Shown here: piece by piece, positions 18,612-28,912 of the stretch
How positions within the stretch are numbered: the first letter of the stretch is position 1
Layout of the letters: every line of letters begins with the position of its first letter
Origin: Candidatus Yanofskybacteria bacterium
GTDB taxonomy: Bacteria > Patescibacteriota > Minisyncoccia > 2-02-FULL-40-12 > GWA2-44-9
Assembly (NCBI GenBank): GCA_003514055.1
Contig: DOSG01000008.1
Span: forward strand, 45,895-109,894
Length of the DNA: 64,000 nt
Direction of reading: 5' to 3'
The notes under the pieces: model-generated
Seen by the model: only the letters and a program-made list of their open reading frames with translations
Told to the model about the DNA's origin: nothing
The model's database searches: none
Made by a program: the position numbers and the translations under genes

Positions 18612-18998
18612 ATGAAAAGACTGAATTTCGTGGATGAGGCCCTTATTCCAATTATTCTCGGTAAAAAACGCATAACCATTAGGAAGTACCGGGAAGGTTC
18701 CCACGACGTTACGTTTGCACAAATACTTCGTGCCGAGTTCCCGTGCGGTTTAGGACTTCTCATTCGGGTCACCAATACGCCCGACAAGACTCCCCTTAAG
18801 ATGCTAAGCCAGGACACACTCGAGCGGGATGGCTATGCAAATCATGAAGAAGCTCTCGCTGATCTTAAAAATTTCTATCCATATCTGACGATGGAGTCCG
18901 ACGTTATCGCGATTTCTTTTGAACCCCTAGGGTATTCCATCTCATTTGAGGATCAACCATTAATTGATGCCAGAGATGTAGCATTTCCCGCCTGGTAG
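18612..18998 (+). CDS. ASCH/PUA-like domain protein (tentative)
   Basis: N-terminal LIPIILGKKRITIRK pattern typical of ASCH domains; GGAG SD upstream. Confidence 0.45.
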   Translation: MKRLNFVDEALIPIILGKKRITIRKYREGSHDVTFAQILRAEFPCGLGLLIRVTNTPDKTPLKMLSQDTLERDGYANHEEALADLKNFYPYLTMESDVIAISFEPLGYSISFEDQPLIDARDVAFPAW

Positions 18999-19003
18999 AA
19001 TAC

Positions 19004-19032
19004 AAATCGGCGCGTATGCGCCGATTTTTTTG
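19004..19032. terminator. bidirectional rho-independent terminator
   Basis: AAATCGGCGC-GTAT-GCGCCGATTT-TTTT between convergent genes. Confidence 0.7.
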
Positions 19033-19052
19033 TTTAAATAACAGTTACAACT

Positions 19053-21149
19053 CTATTCAAATACTACCTCCATCTTAACCTTGGCTTTGTCTTTAGGTAC
19101 AGTTTTCACCCAAAAAGGCGAGAGACTTACTTTGGCTGAATCGATAACCTTATCGGCCTTGAGCTCCTGCAAGTAATCTCTAACTTGTGAATCCTTTTTG
19201 CCCAGCAAATCGACAAGGATCTTATCAGCATCAATCTTCTTATATTGCATGCCACGGACCATAGTCGTAAACGTTAAGGTGCTGGTTGCGTCATCGTAAG
19301 CTATATTAATGTAACTCTTATCAAGTTTATCCGCCTGCACCGTAGAGGTACCGCCCTTCTCTACATATTTAACTGCTAATTCGTCTATATCTTCCTCTCT
19401 GAAGCCAATAGTTTTAATAAGGCCCGTTAGAGTCATAGTAAAGGTATCGGCTGCCTCATCTACCTGAGCCGTAGATTGTGTGTCTTTAATCACGACATTG
19501 GCCGAATTAATAATCTTTAGATTGGCCGATTGAGATTTCAACGCCTCGGCCACGACTCTTTTAAGCTCTTCCATCAAAACATCTTTAGCCGCTTGATAAT
19601 CCTGATCAGTAACCACCTTAGCCTTACCGCTCGTACCACCCTTCATGGGCTGGACTGACTTACCATATACTTTCTTTAATTTCTCTTGGTCATTCTTCTC
19701 CTTGAAAGCTGATACGATGAAATCAGATGCGGCTATGTTGTATTCGATACCCGGCTTATCAGCTATTACTTCAACTTCCATAGTCCCAGAACTAGATTTG
19801 GCAGCCGGAACAGTTATAGACTTAAGAGTCCTAAAAACTAGACCCTCCTTGGTCTCGAACCTGGTAGTAGCTATTAATTGTTGAGTGACGGCCAAATCAT
19901 TATATACCACAATCTTGCCTCTAGCTTTTTGGGCTACATCTTTTTCTCCAGTAGCGGGAAAAGACTTTGAGGCACTCTTCTCAATATTAAATAATTGCCC
20001 AGGTATTTTGTTGGAGTTCGGATCAACAGATGAATATTTATCAGAAGCTGAAATTTTCAACTCTAATTTTAGTGGATCTTTGGCTGGTACGATCTTAATA
20101 TTGGCGGCACCGCTAACAATATATATAGTCACTAAAAGCACTCCCACCGCAAAAACACCAATGCCCACTATTGCTTTTGACATTCTTTTACCAGAAGGGT
20201 TCCTGTGTTTTGTGTACGAGCCAGCAGACTTATTACTAGATCTAAAAATCCCAGACCAGCTAAATTTTGATTCGGGCTTTCTCTTATCCCAAAGGTGCTC
20301 GCTTTCCCAAACTTCCGTTATCTCGTCCACGTTACCGCCTTTCTTACTATCCGATTCTTTTCTTACCTCAAGCTTTATCGGCTTATAACTGCCACTTTTT
20401 ATCTTTAAATTTTTTATATCTGTATCGGATTGAGATATTATGTCATCCAGATTCTTTCTAGCCATAGCTGTGACGACTTTATAATCATGGTCACTTCCAG
20501 AAAAAGATATTTCTTCGGCCTCTTCATCATCGTCAGTCTTTAGATCTTTATCGTCGAATTCCTCTTCCAACTCTTCAAGGTCTTCCTCTTCTTCAATTTC
20601 TTCTTCGACTTCCTTCTCTAGATCATCCTCTTCCAGCGCATCTTCTTCGATGTCAAGCTTTTTGCCTTTTTTCACGCCTTTATCTTCTTCGACATCTACC
20701 AAATCTTCGTCTAAGTCTTCATCTTCTTCGTGTAACCCACGATCACCTAAATTCTCAGAAACGAAATCTTCGTCATGATATACTTCGGGATTTTCTGGAT
20801 CATCATCATTAATAGAGCTATCATCAACCTGATTGACGGCTAGAATCGCCGACGGTTTTTTTGACCCAGATACCGGTGACAGCAAGATATCGAATTTGTA
20901 GCTCTTAGCCATCTCATTCATTTCTGGATTTGAGCTTAATAAAGATATGGATTTACCATTCTCGTTAGCTTCTTGGCTCAAGGTAGCAAAATTCTCTGGC
21001 CTACTGAAGGCTTTGGCCTTTTTTGGAACTATAAAAATAACTTCCTTGGCGGAAGCTTGCTTAAACAAATTTAATATTTCCTCGAACTTATCATCTTTGA
21101 GTACGTTTATAATCTTTGTCGATGACATATTAACTGAATTATACCACAA
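19053..21149 (-). CDS. large hypothetical membrane protein with an acidic (Asp/Glu-rich) cytoplasmic linker, one TM helix and a roughly 350-aa extracytoplasmic domain
   Basis: EEDLEELEEEFDD low-complexity stretch; TM helix AIVGIGVFAVGVLLVTIYIV. Confidence 0.55.
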   Translation of the reverse strand: MWYNSVNMSSTKIINVLKDDKFEEILNLFKQASAKEVIFIVPKKAKAFSRPENFATLSQEANENGKSISLLSSNPEMNEMAKSYKFDILLSPVSGSKKPSAILAVNQVDDSSINDDDPENPEVYHDEDFVSENLGDRGLHEEDEDLDEDLVDVEEDKGVKKGKKLDIEEDALEEDDLEKEVEEEIEEEEDLEELEEEFDDKDLKTDDDEEAEEISFSGSDHDYKVVTAMARKNLDDIISQSDTDIKNLKIKSGSYKPIKLEVRKESDSKKGGNVDEITEVWESEHLWDKRKPESKFSWSGIFRSSNKSAGSYTKHRNPSGKRMSKAIVGIGVFAVGVLLVTIYIVSGAANIKIVPAKDPLKLELKISASDKYSSVDPNSNKIPGQLFNIEKSASKSFPATGEKDVAQKARGKIVVYNDLAVTQQLIATTRFETKEGLVFRTLKSITVPAAKSSSGTMEVEVIADKPGIEYNIAASDFIVSAFKEKNDQEKLKKVYGKSVQPMKGGTSGKAKVVTDQDYQAAKDVLMEELKRVVAEALKSQSANLKIINSANVVIKDTQSTAQVDEAADTFTMTLTGLIKTIGFREEDIDELAVKYVEKGGTSTVQADKLDKSYINIAYDDATSTLTFTTMVRGMQYKKIDADKILVDLLGKKDSQVRDYLQELKADKVIDSAKVSLSPFWVKTVPKDKAKVKMEVVFE

Positions 21150-21191
21150 AATCTGAGAATCAAGGCCAGGATAGTTGATATTTTATCAAAA

Positions 21192-21213
21192 GAAAAAGAC
21201 GCTTTCGCGTCTA
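21192..21213 (-). terminator. terminator hairpin AAAAAGACGC-TTTC-GCGTCTATG
   Basis: Same stem sequence as the hairpin at 23327-23350. Confidence 0.5.
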
Positions 21214-21220
21214 TGTGTGG

Positions 21221-21625
21221 CTATGTCAATCCATTGTCTGAGGCTCCAGCTAGGCAGTCTATCATGCCCATCATAAAATCTGTCCTCTCACTATTCGTTT
21301 CATAAGTAGCCAATATCGTAGATATTGCACTCGAACCAATAGTGTTAATGACGCAAGCACAGTATGCTCCGGCATAATAAGGCTTCCTGTCCATAACTAA
21401 CTTTCTAAGTTTTGCCATAGAATCTGCGACCCATGCTTTTTGCTCAAGAACGATGGCTTTCTGGGTGGCTAATTCTGCTTCATGTCTGCGTACGACTTCT
21501 TCAGCTATTCTTAGGTTCTCCAAGGCGGATTTAACCACCACAGACTCTCCTTGGATATCATCCAAAATTGAGATAGCAAGCCCTTCTCTTAGCGTTTTGC
21601 TTTCAGGCATGGATACTCCATTCAA
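21221..21625 (-). CDS. hypothetical protein (134 aa)
   Basis: ORF track only; no motif recognised. Confidence 0.45.
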   Translation of the reverse strand: MNGVSMPESKTLREGLAISILDDIQGESVVVKSALENLRIAEEVVRRHEAELATQKAIVLEQKAWVADSMAKLRKLVMDRKPYYAGAYCACVINTIGSSAISTILATYETNSERTDFMMGMIDCLAGASDNGLT

Positions 21626-21647
21626 TGAGCTACCGATATAATACAGC

Positions 21648-22658
21648 TTATTTCGTTCGTGTCAATATTGTAAAGGCTTCGGTCGCAGACTTAGTAATCA
21701 TAAGCTCCATACGTAATTCTTTCGCGCCCTCCCAGCCCGAAATATACATTTTAAAGAATTTTTTCATGTTATCGTAATTTCTCTCTTTACCCCAAAACTT
21801 CTCATGCAGCTTCAAATGATATAGTGCCAATTTAATTCTCTTGTTTCGTTCAGAAGAGAAGGGCGCCTTTTCGTCCGACAATGCCGGATCAAAGATGCCC
21901 TTCGGAAAATTGCCTTCACTAAACACCCACGGATTCTGGAAAATTCCTCGCCCGATCATAATTCCATCTACGCCATATCTCTTGGCTTTATCCATCCCTT
22001 CTCCCACACTCAGAACATCACCGTTGCCAATTGCTACAATTCCCGCTTTTTTTATTAACTTAGTCGCTTTGGCAATTTCGTCCCAATGCGCTGGCACCAT
22101 CGACAATTCCTTGCTTGTCCGGCCATGCACCGTAATTGCATCAGGCTTAGCCCTTATTATCTCCGATATCCAATTTTTAGTATCGATTTTATTAAATCCG
22201 ATTCGAGTCTTAACCGAAACTGGTATCCGGCTACTGCCGGAGCCAGCTCCACGCTTAGTCGCGATTATAATCTCTTTGGCCAATTCAGAATTTGAAATCA
22301 GCTTAGCACCTGCGCCCTGCTTCGCCACCTTCTTAACTGGACAGCCCATATTAATATCAATACCATCAAAACCAAGCTTAACTGCCAGCTGAGCACATTT
22401 ATAAAAATTTTCTGGTTTAGTCCCAAAGAACTGAACCACGATTGGCTTTTCTTTCTTTGAGAATTTCAAATGCCTAATGAGCTTTTTATAACCCTTATTC
22501 GAAGACAGGCCATCAACCGAGACAAACTCTGTCCAAAGAACATCCGGCTTGCCACATTTTAAAATCACCTGCCTAAAAACAGGGTCGGTCACATCGGCCA
22601 TCGGCGCCAATGCAAAAAATGGCTTCTTCTTTTTCACTAATTTCTGCCAGAAGTTCAT
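21648..22658 (-). CDS. dus: tRNA-dihydrouridine synthase
   Basis: FALAPMADVTD...GFDGIDINMGCPVKKV...ITVHGRT TIM-barrel flavoenzyme motifs. Confidence 0.9.
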   Translation of the reverse strand: MNFWQKLVKKKKPFFALAPMADVTDPVFRQVILKCGKPDVLWTEFVSVDGLSSNKGYKKLIRHLKFSKKEKPIVVQFFGTKPENFYKCAQLAVKLGFDGIDINMGCPVKKVAKQGAGAKLISNSELAKEIIIATKRGAGSGSSRIPVSVKTRIGFNKIDTKNWISEIIRAKPDAITVHGRTSKELSMVPAHWDEIAKATKLIKKAGIVAIGNGDVLSVGEGMDKAKRYGVDGIMIGRGIFQNPWVFSEGNFPKGIFDPALSDEKAPFSSERNKRIKLALYHLKLHEKFWGKERNYDNMKKFFKMYISGWEGAKELRMELMITKSATEAFTILTRTK

Positions 22659-22716
22659 GTTGACAGATTATACCATCTGTTTTAATATTTGCCCAGCTAC
22701 TTGAAGGGAAATCTAG

Positions 22717-22959
22717 ATGTCATGTAACGTACTTCATAAGATGCAGGTAAAAACAGCCCTCATCGTTTCTTACTCGTTAATGATCATCATGTGTCTTGGA
22801 CTGTCTAGCCTTCTCGTTTGGCAAGTATGCCAAACCGAACTTCCGATTTCCACAAGTATAGGTTTCTCAATTTTTGCCCTGTTATTCCTGGGTCTTAGCA
22901 TCTTAAGCGCCACGTTTATGACTAAGATAATTCGAACGAAATCTATCGATACCGCCTAA
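22717..22959 (+). CDS. small membrane protein
   Basis: Two predicted TM helices; ORF track only. Confidence 0.35.
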   Translation: MSCNVLHKMQVKTALIVSYSLMIIMCLGLSSLLVWQVCQTELPISTSIGFSIFALLFLGLSILSATFMTKIIRTKSIDTA

Positions 22960-22989
22960 CGGCGGTCTTTTCTTACGCCTTGACGGTCT

Positions 22990-23304
22990 ATGTCAAAGCC
23001 TATACAATCCGATCAGCTGTTTTACTCGGAGGCGGACATGCGTTTTGTAGGTCTTAATCTCATGTTGTTCTGGTCTACTGTTCTGATAGTTCTAGCATAT
23101 CCAGTATTTGGCCTATTCGGCTCTATTGGATGGTCCTTGGTATGGTTATTGATGATGTTGTTGTTCGGCAAGCTCACTTCTATCTCGAGCATAAAAGGTA
23201 GTGTCGCAATGTTTGGAATCGCTTGGCTGACTATCGTAATGTTCATTTATAAGCCAGAATATGCGAAGAATTTTGAAGAGTTTTTCAATAAATTATTTCC
23301 ATAG
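22990..23304 (+). CDS. small membrane protein
   Basis: Three predicted TM helices; followed by the terminator GGGCCTAGGCCC-TTTTTTT (23303-23322). Confidence 0.45.
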   Translation: MSKPIQSDQLFYSEADMRFVGLNLMLFWSTVLIVLAYPVFGLFGSIGWSLVWLLMMLLFGKLTSISSIKGSVAMFGIAWLTIVMFIYKPEYAKNFEEFFNKLFP

Positions 23305-23322
23305 GGCCTAGGCCCTTTTTTT
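23303..23322 (+). terminator. rho-independent terminator
   Basis: Palindrome GGGCCTAGGCCC plus a T7 run. Confidence 0.6.
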
Positions 23323-23326
23323 GTTA

Positions 23327-23350
23327 CAAAAAAAGACGCAAATGCGTCTA
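23327..23350 (-). terminator. terminator hairpin AAAAAGACGC-AAAT-GCGTCTATG
   Basis: Downstream of the 23348 gene; duplicate of the 21192 hairpin arms. Confidence 0.5.
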
Positions 23351-23698
23351 TGGAAACATGAATTTCGAGAAGTCGAACAGAAAAGTTCTCAATCGCTGAC
23401 CCCAAGTAGTATCCACCCATATCCAAGCGATACATAAGGCTAGCCAAATAGTGCCGAAAAAATAACTAAGGATAGCTGTGCGTTTATTTACTTTAGCCCA
23501 GAATTCGTCTGCGTTAATCGTCTCATCTCTTCCTTTTATGGCTAGGATCCCGACGGTACCGGTCATCATAAGATAAACAAATGAAACCACAAATGACGCC
23601 ATTGAGAAATCTAACAACGTCCTTGGCCACGAATAGAGCAACATCATCGTGGCCAAAATAACCATCAGTATGGGCAGATAGAGCCTAAGTCTCGACAT
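23348..23698 (-). CDS. small membrane protein (116 aa)
   Basis: Three TM helices. Confidence 0.45.
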   Translation of the reverse strand: MSRLRLYLPILMVILATMMLLYSWPRTLLDFSMASFVVSFVYLMMTGTVGILAIKGRDETINADEFWAKVNKRTAILSYFFGTIWLALCIAWIWVDTTWGQRLRTFLFDFSKFMFP

Positions 23699-23750
23699 GT
23701 TTTTGGCCTCTCAAGAAACTACCAAGACAATAGCACATTTACCTAGATCG

Positions 23751-23787
23751 TCAAATAAAAAGAGCGGGCGCACCCGATGCGCCCGCG
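23751..23787 (-). terminator. rho-independent terminator downstream of alaS
   Basis: GCGGGCGC-ACCCGAT-GCGCCCGC, followed on the minus strand by TCTTTTTATTT. Confidence 0.65.
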
Positions 23788-23808
23788 AGGACATGAAACA
23801 ACTGCGAG

Positions 23809-25509
23809 TTATTGTAATACGATCCTAATACGTCTGATACCAGCCGAAACGGCCTCCTCTTTTGCGATTTTAATGTGGCCTATCTCGCCGGTGCGTCTAA
23901 CATGCGGACCACCGCAAACTTCTTTCGAAAAATAATCACCAGGATCGCCAATCGTATAGACTGTCACCATCTCTGGATATTTAAGCTTAAAAAATGCTAA
24001 CGCCCCAGAATCAATCGCATCCTGATATCTCATATCTTCAAAAGATACAGCCAGGTCATCGGATATAGCTTGATTAATTGTGTCCTCGACTTGCCTTATC
24101 TCTTCGGATGTCATCTTACGATCAAAACTAAAATCAAACCTCAACCTTTCGGCATTAATATCAGAGCCAGATTGATGGACATCATTGCCCAAGACTTTTC
24201 TCAAGGCAGATTGGAGTAAATGCGTGGTAGTATGATATTTGATTTTGATAACTAATTCCTCCTCGTTAGCGGCGGTTAAGTCACCCTTGGCAATGCCGTG
24301 GCCACCAAACTTTTTCTCCGCACCCGCCCGCGATAGTTCCTGATGCTTTTTAAATTCTTCGTCAAAGTTATCGCGATTCAAGCTCTTGGCCTTATCGCCA
24401 CCAACTTCTTTGATAATTTCGTAGGGTAACCCAAAACTTTCATAAAGATGAAAGGCATTAACCGCATTCAAGTCATCAATCTTATCGAGCTCTCTCATGC
24501 CTCGCTCTAAAGTGTTATCGAACTTATCTTTCTCCGTCGAAAATTCACTGATGATCAAGTTAATATCCAATTCCGGATAATAACCGTCGTATATTTCCTG
24601 AACCATTCTAAATAAATTCGAAATTATCTGCTTCTCAATCTTAAACTGAAAAGCATAAACGATTAGACGGCGCATTATTCTTCTTAATACATATCCGGCT
24701 TCTTTATTGGAAGGCCTGAAGCCATCTGACAACATAAACGCTACGGCACGAGCATGATCAGTAACGATTCTTTTCTTTCTTTCTTCCATACTAGGAATCA
24801 ATTCCATGATCGGCCGGAGTAAATCAGTATCAAATATAGTCGAGACGCCTTGGCTTACCATAACGAGCCTTTCTAGGCCCATACCCGTATCGATACCCGG
24901 CGTTTTGAGCGACTCTAGCTTCTTGTCCGCGTACTGATAATATTGATTGAAAACGATATTCCAGACTTCTAGCCCGTTTACATATATTTCCGTGGTTGGG
25001 CCACAAGGCCCTTCGGCGCCAGTCGGTCCCCAGAAATTATCTTTCCTGCCAAATCTCTTAACCACAATGTTTGGATCTAGTTCTTTCCAATATTTTTCAG
25101 ATTCGTCATCAGCCGGTACGCCATCACTACCTTCAAATACAGAGACATAATCGATCTTTAGTCCCATTTCCTTAACGATAAAGTCGTAGCCATATTGAAT
25201 GGCTTCTTTTTTAAAATATCCGCCAAATGAAAAGTTTCCCAGCATCTCAAAAAATGTCAGATGAGATTCATCGCCGACTTCATCGATGTCTGAAGTACGT
25301 ACACATTTTTGAATAGTAACCGTATTTAAAGAACCAAAATCTTTGGTTGCATCGGCCTGACCAGTATAATAATATTTAAATTGCTGCATGCCAGCCGTAG
25401 TAAACAACACCGACGGATCAGTTGGCATAAGTGAGGCCGAGGGCACAAGTTTGTGTCCCCTCTCTTGGAAAAATTTTATAAACTTGTCTCTTATTTCTTT
25501 GTGAGTCAT
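23809..25509 (-). CDS. alaS: alanine--tRNA ligase, short form (catalytic plus editing domains; no C-Ala domain)
   Basis: N-terminal class II core FTTAGMQQFK...; editing-domain HTTTHLL...CGGPH motifs; 566 aa versus about 870 aa in typical bacteria. Confidence 0.85.
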   Translation of the reverse strand: MTHKEIRDKFIKFFQERGHKLVPSASLMPTDPSVLFTTAGMQQFKYYYTGQADATKDFGSLNTVTIQKCVRTSDIDEVGDESHLTFFEMLGNFSFGGYFKKEAIQYGYDFIVKEMGLKIDYVSVFEGSDGVPADDESEKYWKELDPNIVVKRFGRKDNFWGPTGAEGPCGPTTEIYVNGLEVWNIVFNQYYQYADKKLESLKTPGIDTGMGLERLVMVSQGVSTIFDTDLLRPIMELIPSMEERKKRIVTDHARAVAFMLSDGFRPSNKEAGYVLRRIMRRLIVYAFQFKIEKQIISNLFRMVQEIYDGYYPELDINLIISEFSTEKDKFDNTLERGMRELDKIDDLNAVNAFHLYESFGLPYEIIKEVGGDKAKSLNRDNFDEEFKKHQELSRAGAEKKFGGHGIAKGDLTAANEEELVIKIKYHTTTHLLQSALRKVLGNDVHQSGSDINAERLRFDFSFDRKMTSEEIRQVEDTINQAISDDLAVSFEDMRYQDAIDSGALAFFKLKYPEMVTVYTIGDPGDYFSKEVCGGPHVRRTGEIGHIKIAKEEAVSAGIRRIRIVLQ

Positions 25510-25563
25510 GTCTACATTAATTTATCAGTATTAGCCAACCTTAGCAATAAATATGCTCGGGCG

Positions 25564-26850
25564 TTATCTCAAGGAGAACTTCTCAAATATGATATTTGAA
25601 CCTCTTAATCCGGCCGCCTTGAGTCCCGATACTAATGACTCAATCATTGGTATCGGGCCGCAGATATAAACCGTCCTTTCTTTATAGTCTTGAACTAATG
25701 CCTTGATTTTCTCAGGATCAAGTTGCCCCATCTTTTGTGATAAAAATTTAATTAGTCTCAGATTCTTGTATTCTGCAGCCAATAGATCAACCTCTTTCTC
25801 TAATACGATATTGCCTTCCTGGCGATTGCTATATATCAAGGCCACGTCCATATTATCTTTGATCATCTCTTCGGCCACGGCCTTAACCGGAGTAATGCCA
25901 ACTCCACCAGCAATTAAAAGAATCTTGCGATTTCCAGCTCTAGCAGTCGTAAAAACACCATTTGGACCATCAATAATGACTTTAGTACCAACTTTTAGCT
26001 CTCTAATTTTATTTGAATAATCACCTAGATTTTTAACGGTTATTCTTAAAAATTTGTCATTATGAATACTCGAAAACGAATACGGATGAGCTTCATACCA
26101 GAACCCTTCCTGAAGAAATCTGAATATCGCAAACTGTCCACCTTTAAACTCAAATCGCTTGAGATCTTTGCCTTGAATATATATGGAATGGGACTCCTCG
26201 GTATCTTTTTCTACTTTTTGGATTTCAAAACTATGTCTCCAAAAATAATAAATTGGCCTAGCGAATCTATACAAAATCAAATTACCAAAGGCAAATACAT
26301 ATAACACCCACCAAAAAACTACGAATAAACCGTTATCCCTAAAATCTCCGCCGAGTTCTAATTGATGCCCAAAAGCGAGGAGGATAGCTACGTAGAGTAG
26401 TAAATGCAGATAATACCAGATCTCATATTTTAATTTTTCTAACAATATTGGGATTAATATTCCAACAGCAATGATTATAATAGCCGCTATCGTTCCATTT
26501 AAAACGTCATCGCCGCCATTCAATCTAATGAAAGTTGCTACAAATCCAGAATCTCCAGACTTAGCTACGGTCAGCAAGATTGGGTGGGCTAAGAGCATGA
26601 CAAGAGTCCCAACTCCATTCCAATGATGGAAGCGAGCTAGTTTATCCATGCCAAAGATCTTTTCCAGCCAACCAGTTCGGCCAATAAGTACCAGTTGCAA
26701 CAACAACGAATAGACTAGGACTAAACCAGCCAGCCGGCCCATGGCGAGAGAAATATTGGAATCCATTAAAATCCAAGAATTCAGTGACCAGAAATAAACT
26801 ATCAGAACTAAGCCAATTAGTAGCAGCAGATAAGAAAATGTTTTATTCAT
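25564..26850 (-). CDS. ferric-reductase-like transmembrane heme domain fused to an FAD/NAD(P)-binding oxidoreductase domain (NOX/FRE family)
   Basis: Paired His in TM helices (HHWNG...LAHP; YYLHLLL...GHQL); HPYSFSS FAD motif; GGVGITP NAD motif. Confidence 0.75.
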   Translation of the reverse strand: MNKTFSYLLLLIGLVLIVYFWSLNSWILMDSNISLAMGRLAGLVLVYSLLLQLVLIGRTGWLEKIFGMDKLARFHHWNGVGTLVMLLAHPILLTVAKSGDSGFVATFIRLNGGDDVLNGTIAAIIIIAVGILIPILLEKLKYEIWYYLHLLLYVAILLAFGHQLELGGDFRDNGLFVVFWWVLYVFAFGNLILYRFARPIYYFWRHSFEIQKVEKDTEESHSIYIQGKDLKRFEFKGGQFAIFRFLQEGFWYEAHPYSFSSIHNDKFLRITVKNLGDYSNKIRELKVGTKVIIDGPNGVFTTARAGNRKILLIAGGVGITPVKAVAEEMIKDNMDVALIYSNRQEGNIVLEKEVDLLAAEYKNLRLIKFLSQKMGQLDPEKIKALVQDYKERTVYICGPIPMIESLVSGLKAAGLRGSNIIFEKFSLR

Positions 26851-26900
26851 TGCTTCTTGATTATGATGATAATTTATCAGTTATCACTGTTTTTTACAAT

Positions 26901-26927
26901 AAAAAAAGCGACACCTATGGTGTCGCG
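26901..26927 (-). terminator. rho-independent terminator overlapping the stop codon of the 26915 gene
   Basis: AAAAAAA-GCGACACC-TAT-GGTGTCGC. Confidence 0.6.
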
Positions 26928-27259
26928 GATTCAGTAATATCTCCTTCGGATATATCTTGCTCAGGGCTAACCACCGATTGGCCGACTCTCCCCGCCTTTA
27001 TCTTCATCAGAAAATCAATGCGTTCAGTACGCCAAGTATCGGGAAAATGCTTTCTTTCCAAAAACAAAACGTACGCCGTCAAAGAATTCTTCTTATCGGT
27101 CAGAAGTTGAACTTCCCTGGACAATCGTTCGTTGTCCTTAATTATACGCCTGAACTCCCTATAATTTATCCAGAACTTTTTCATCTCTCGAAGCCTCCTC
27201 CGAATAAATAAAAAAGCTCCAAACAGAACTGTTTCAGTTACCACAGTAACCTCCCACAT
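26915..27259 (-). CDS. hypothetical protein (114 aa)
   Basis: ORF track; N-terminal hydrophobic segment. Confidence 0.45.
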   Translation of the reverse strand: MWEVTVVTETVLFGAFLFIRRRLREMKKFWINYREFRRIIKDNERLSREVQLLTDKKNSLTAYVLFLERKHFPDTWRTERIDFLMKIKAGRVGQSVVSPEQDISEGDITESATP

Positions 27260-27307
27260 GAAAGAACCGAAGTGCTTGGTTTATTTTACACGTACAATTA
27301 GATTGTG

Positions 27308-27673
27308 TCAACAAACAAGCCTTGAGAACCCCCACAAATGCCACATTACTACAATTAATGAGATGGCGGTTAATGCCAGAAAAGCCAACCTAGCATGTCT
27401 TGACTCTCCTTTAGTAGGTAATCTCTCTTCGGCCACGCCATATATGAATAAGGCGCCGATGAGAGCAACAAGTTTTAGTAATATCATCGCCGGCAAGACG
27501 CCAATCTTTTGCATTAACAGCTTCAGAAAAGGATTCAATTCTGGGATGCCTATGCTTAAATAGAAAAACGTCCAGGCGAAATCGGCTATATTGGCTAGAA
27601 TGAACAAGATTAAGACTAGCCTTAATTTCATCCAAACCTCCATTGTCAAAGATTGTGTAATAATATTAATCAT
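27308..27673 (-). CDS. small membrane protein
   Basis: Four TM helices. Confidence 0.4.
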   Translation of the reverse strand: MINIITQSLTMEVWMKLRLVLILFILANIADFAWTFFYLSIGIPELNPFLKLLMQKIGVLPAMILLKLVALIGALFIYGVAEERLPTKGESRHARLAFLALTAISLIVVMWHLWGFSRLVC

Positions 27674-27732
27674 ATCGAATCAAGTCAAATAGACGCCGCT
27701 TGCTAGAGAAACAAAAACGGGTAGCTTATCAG

Positions 27733-28053
27733 CTACCCGTGAATCTCTAGCCATAACTTTATTCCGCCAATCACGACCGCACAAGAGAAGTATATAATCC
27801 CAAAGGCAAGTAGCTCTGAGTTAGTCAGATAAGCCAACTCAGAAAAGGTTATCGCCAGACAGATCATGAGTATGCCCAGAATAAAGATAGGTCCCTGTCT
27901 ACCCGCCTTTACTAGTTCATAAATCAAGACTATTGGCGATAGTAGGATTGAGAATACGTTCCACAGCCAACCAGTCAAAAAGAAAGCCACATTCGTCATA
28001 CGTGCCCTATTCTTCTGAGTTATCGTCAGAGGAATATTCTTCGGCAAGTCCAT
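27733..28053 (-). CDS. small membrane protein
   Basis: Three TM helices. Confidence 0.4.
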   Translation of the reverse strand: MDLPKNIPLTITQKNRARMTNVAFFLTGWLWNVFSILLSPIVLIYELVKAGRQGPIFILGILMICLAITFSELAYLTNSELLAFGIIYFSCAVVIGGIKLWLEIHG

Positions 28054-28357
28054 TCTGTATTGCGATTATCAAATTGGTCTTACCCATTTGCTCACAGTAC
28101 TGCTGCGGAGTCAGGCCCCCGAGCAAATCGCTTGGTTCAACCCAAAACTCCCACATATCTCTGGCGGCGATCGAACCAGCCAGAGCGATACGAATTACTT
28201 CCGGTATCGCCGAATTCAGTGGCATGATTTTTGCCATACATACTCCATGTTTGAGAACTGCCAACATTATACAATCGTGCCATTTTTTGTCAAAGACTAC
28301 GCTTGACAGTCGCTGGTTGGACATGCTATAATATATGAATAAGTCTGGTTCGTTCAC
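28007..28357 (-). CDS. hypothetical protein with an acidic C-terminus
   Basis: ORF track; overlaps the downstream gene by 47 nt. Confidence 0.3.
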   Translation of the reverse strand: MNEPDLFIYYSMSNQRLSSVVFDKKWHDCIMLAVLKHGVCMAKIMPLNSAIPEVIRIALAGSIAARDMWEFWVEPSDLLGGLTPQQYCEQMGKTNLIIAIQNGLAEEYSSDDNSEE

Positions 28358-28387
28358 AACCCAAGAAGGCAGCTATGCCACGAGCTT

Positions 28388-28894
28388 ATGCTCAAAAATA
28401 GCAGAGGAAAAATGAAAACTCTTCTGGCGATCATCTTCACGCTCCTCTTCATCGCCTGGGGCGTCGCAATGACCTTCAACTCGATCATGTTCAATCGAGG
28501 GTGTGGAGGCTACCTCAAACGGGCCGCCGACGCCAACACGACCAAGCTGGCGACCGAGAACCTCGAGATCGCGGTCAAGTACGCCAAGGACAATGGGCTG
28601 ACCTCCGGCTACACGTCGATCGTGTATCGGACTCCAGACGAAGACGTGGGCTTCTGGTACGACAACCTCAAGGAGTCACTGAAAGAGCTCCAGTCGACCA
28701 GCCCTGACGCCTCACGACTCGAGAAGACGAACGCTCTCATGAAGCTCAGAGAGACCCTTCTGGATTCCGGTCAGAGCACCAGCGTCACGGCTCCTGCCGG
28801 CATTAGCCGATACCCCCACAACGGCTTCTTGGCTCTGTGGGGATGGCTCTCGTTCATTCTGGCGATCATCTTCTGGCTCGGGGCTACCGTGTAG
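28388..28894 (+). CDS. hypothetical membrane protein encoded by a compositionally foreign GC-rich gene
   Basis: N- and C-terminal TM helices; codons dominated by G/C in third position, unlike its neighbours. Confidence 0.55.
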   Translation: MLKNSRGKMKTLLAIIFTLLFIAWGVAMTFNSIMFNRGCGGYLKRAADANTTKLATENLEIAVKYAKDNGLTSGYTSIVYRTPDEDVGFWYDNLKESLKELQSTSPDASRLEKTNALMKLRETLLDSGQSTSVTAPAGISRYPHNGFLALWGWLSFILAIIFWLGATV

Positions 28895-28912
28895 TAGCTA
28901 CTCGATCACCCT

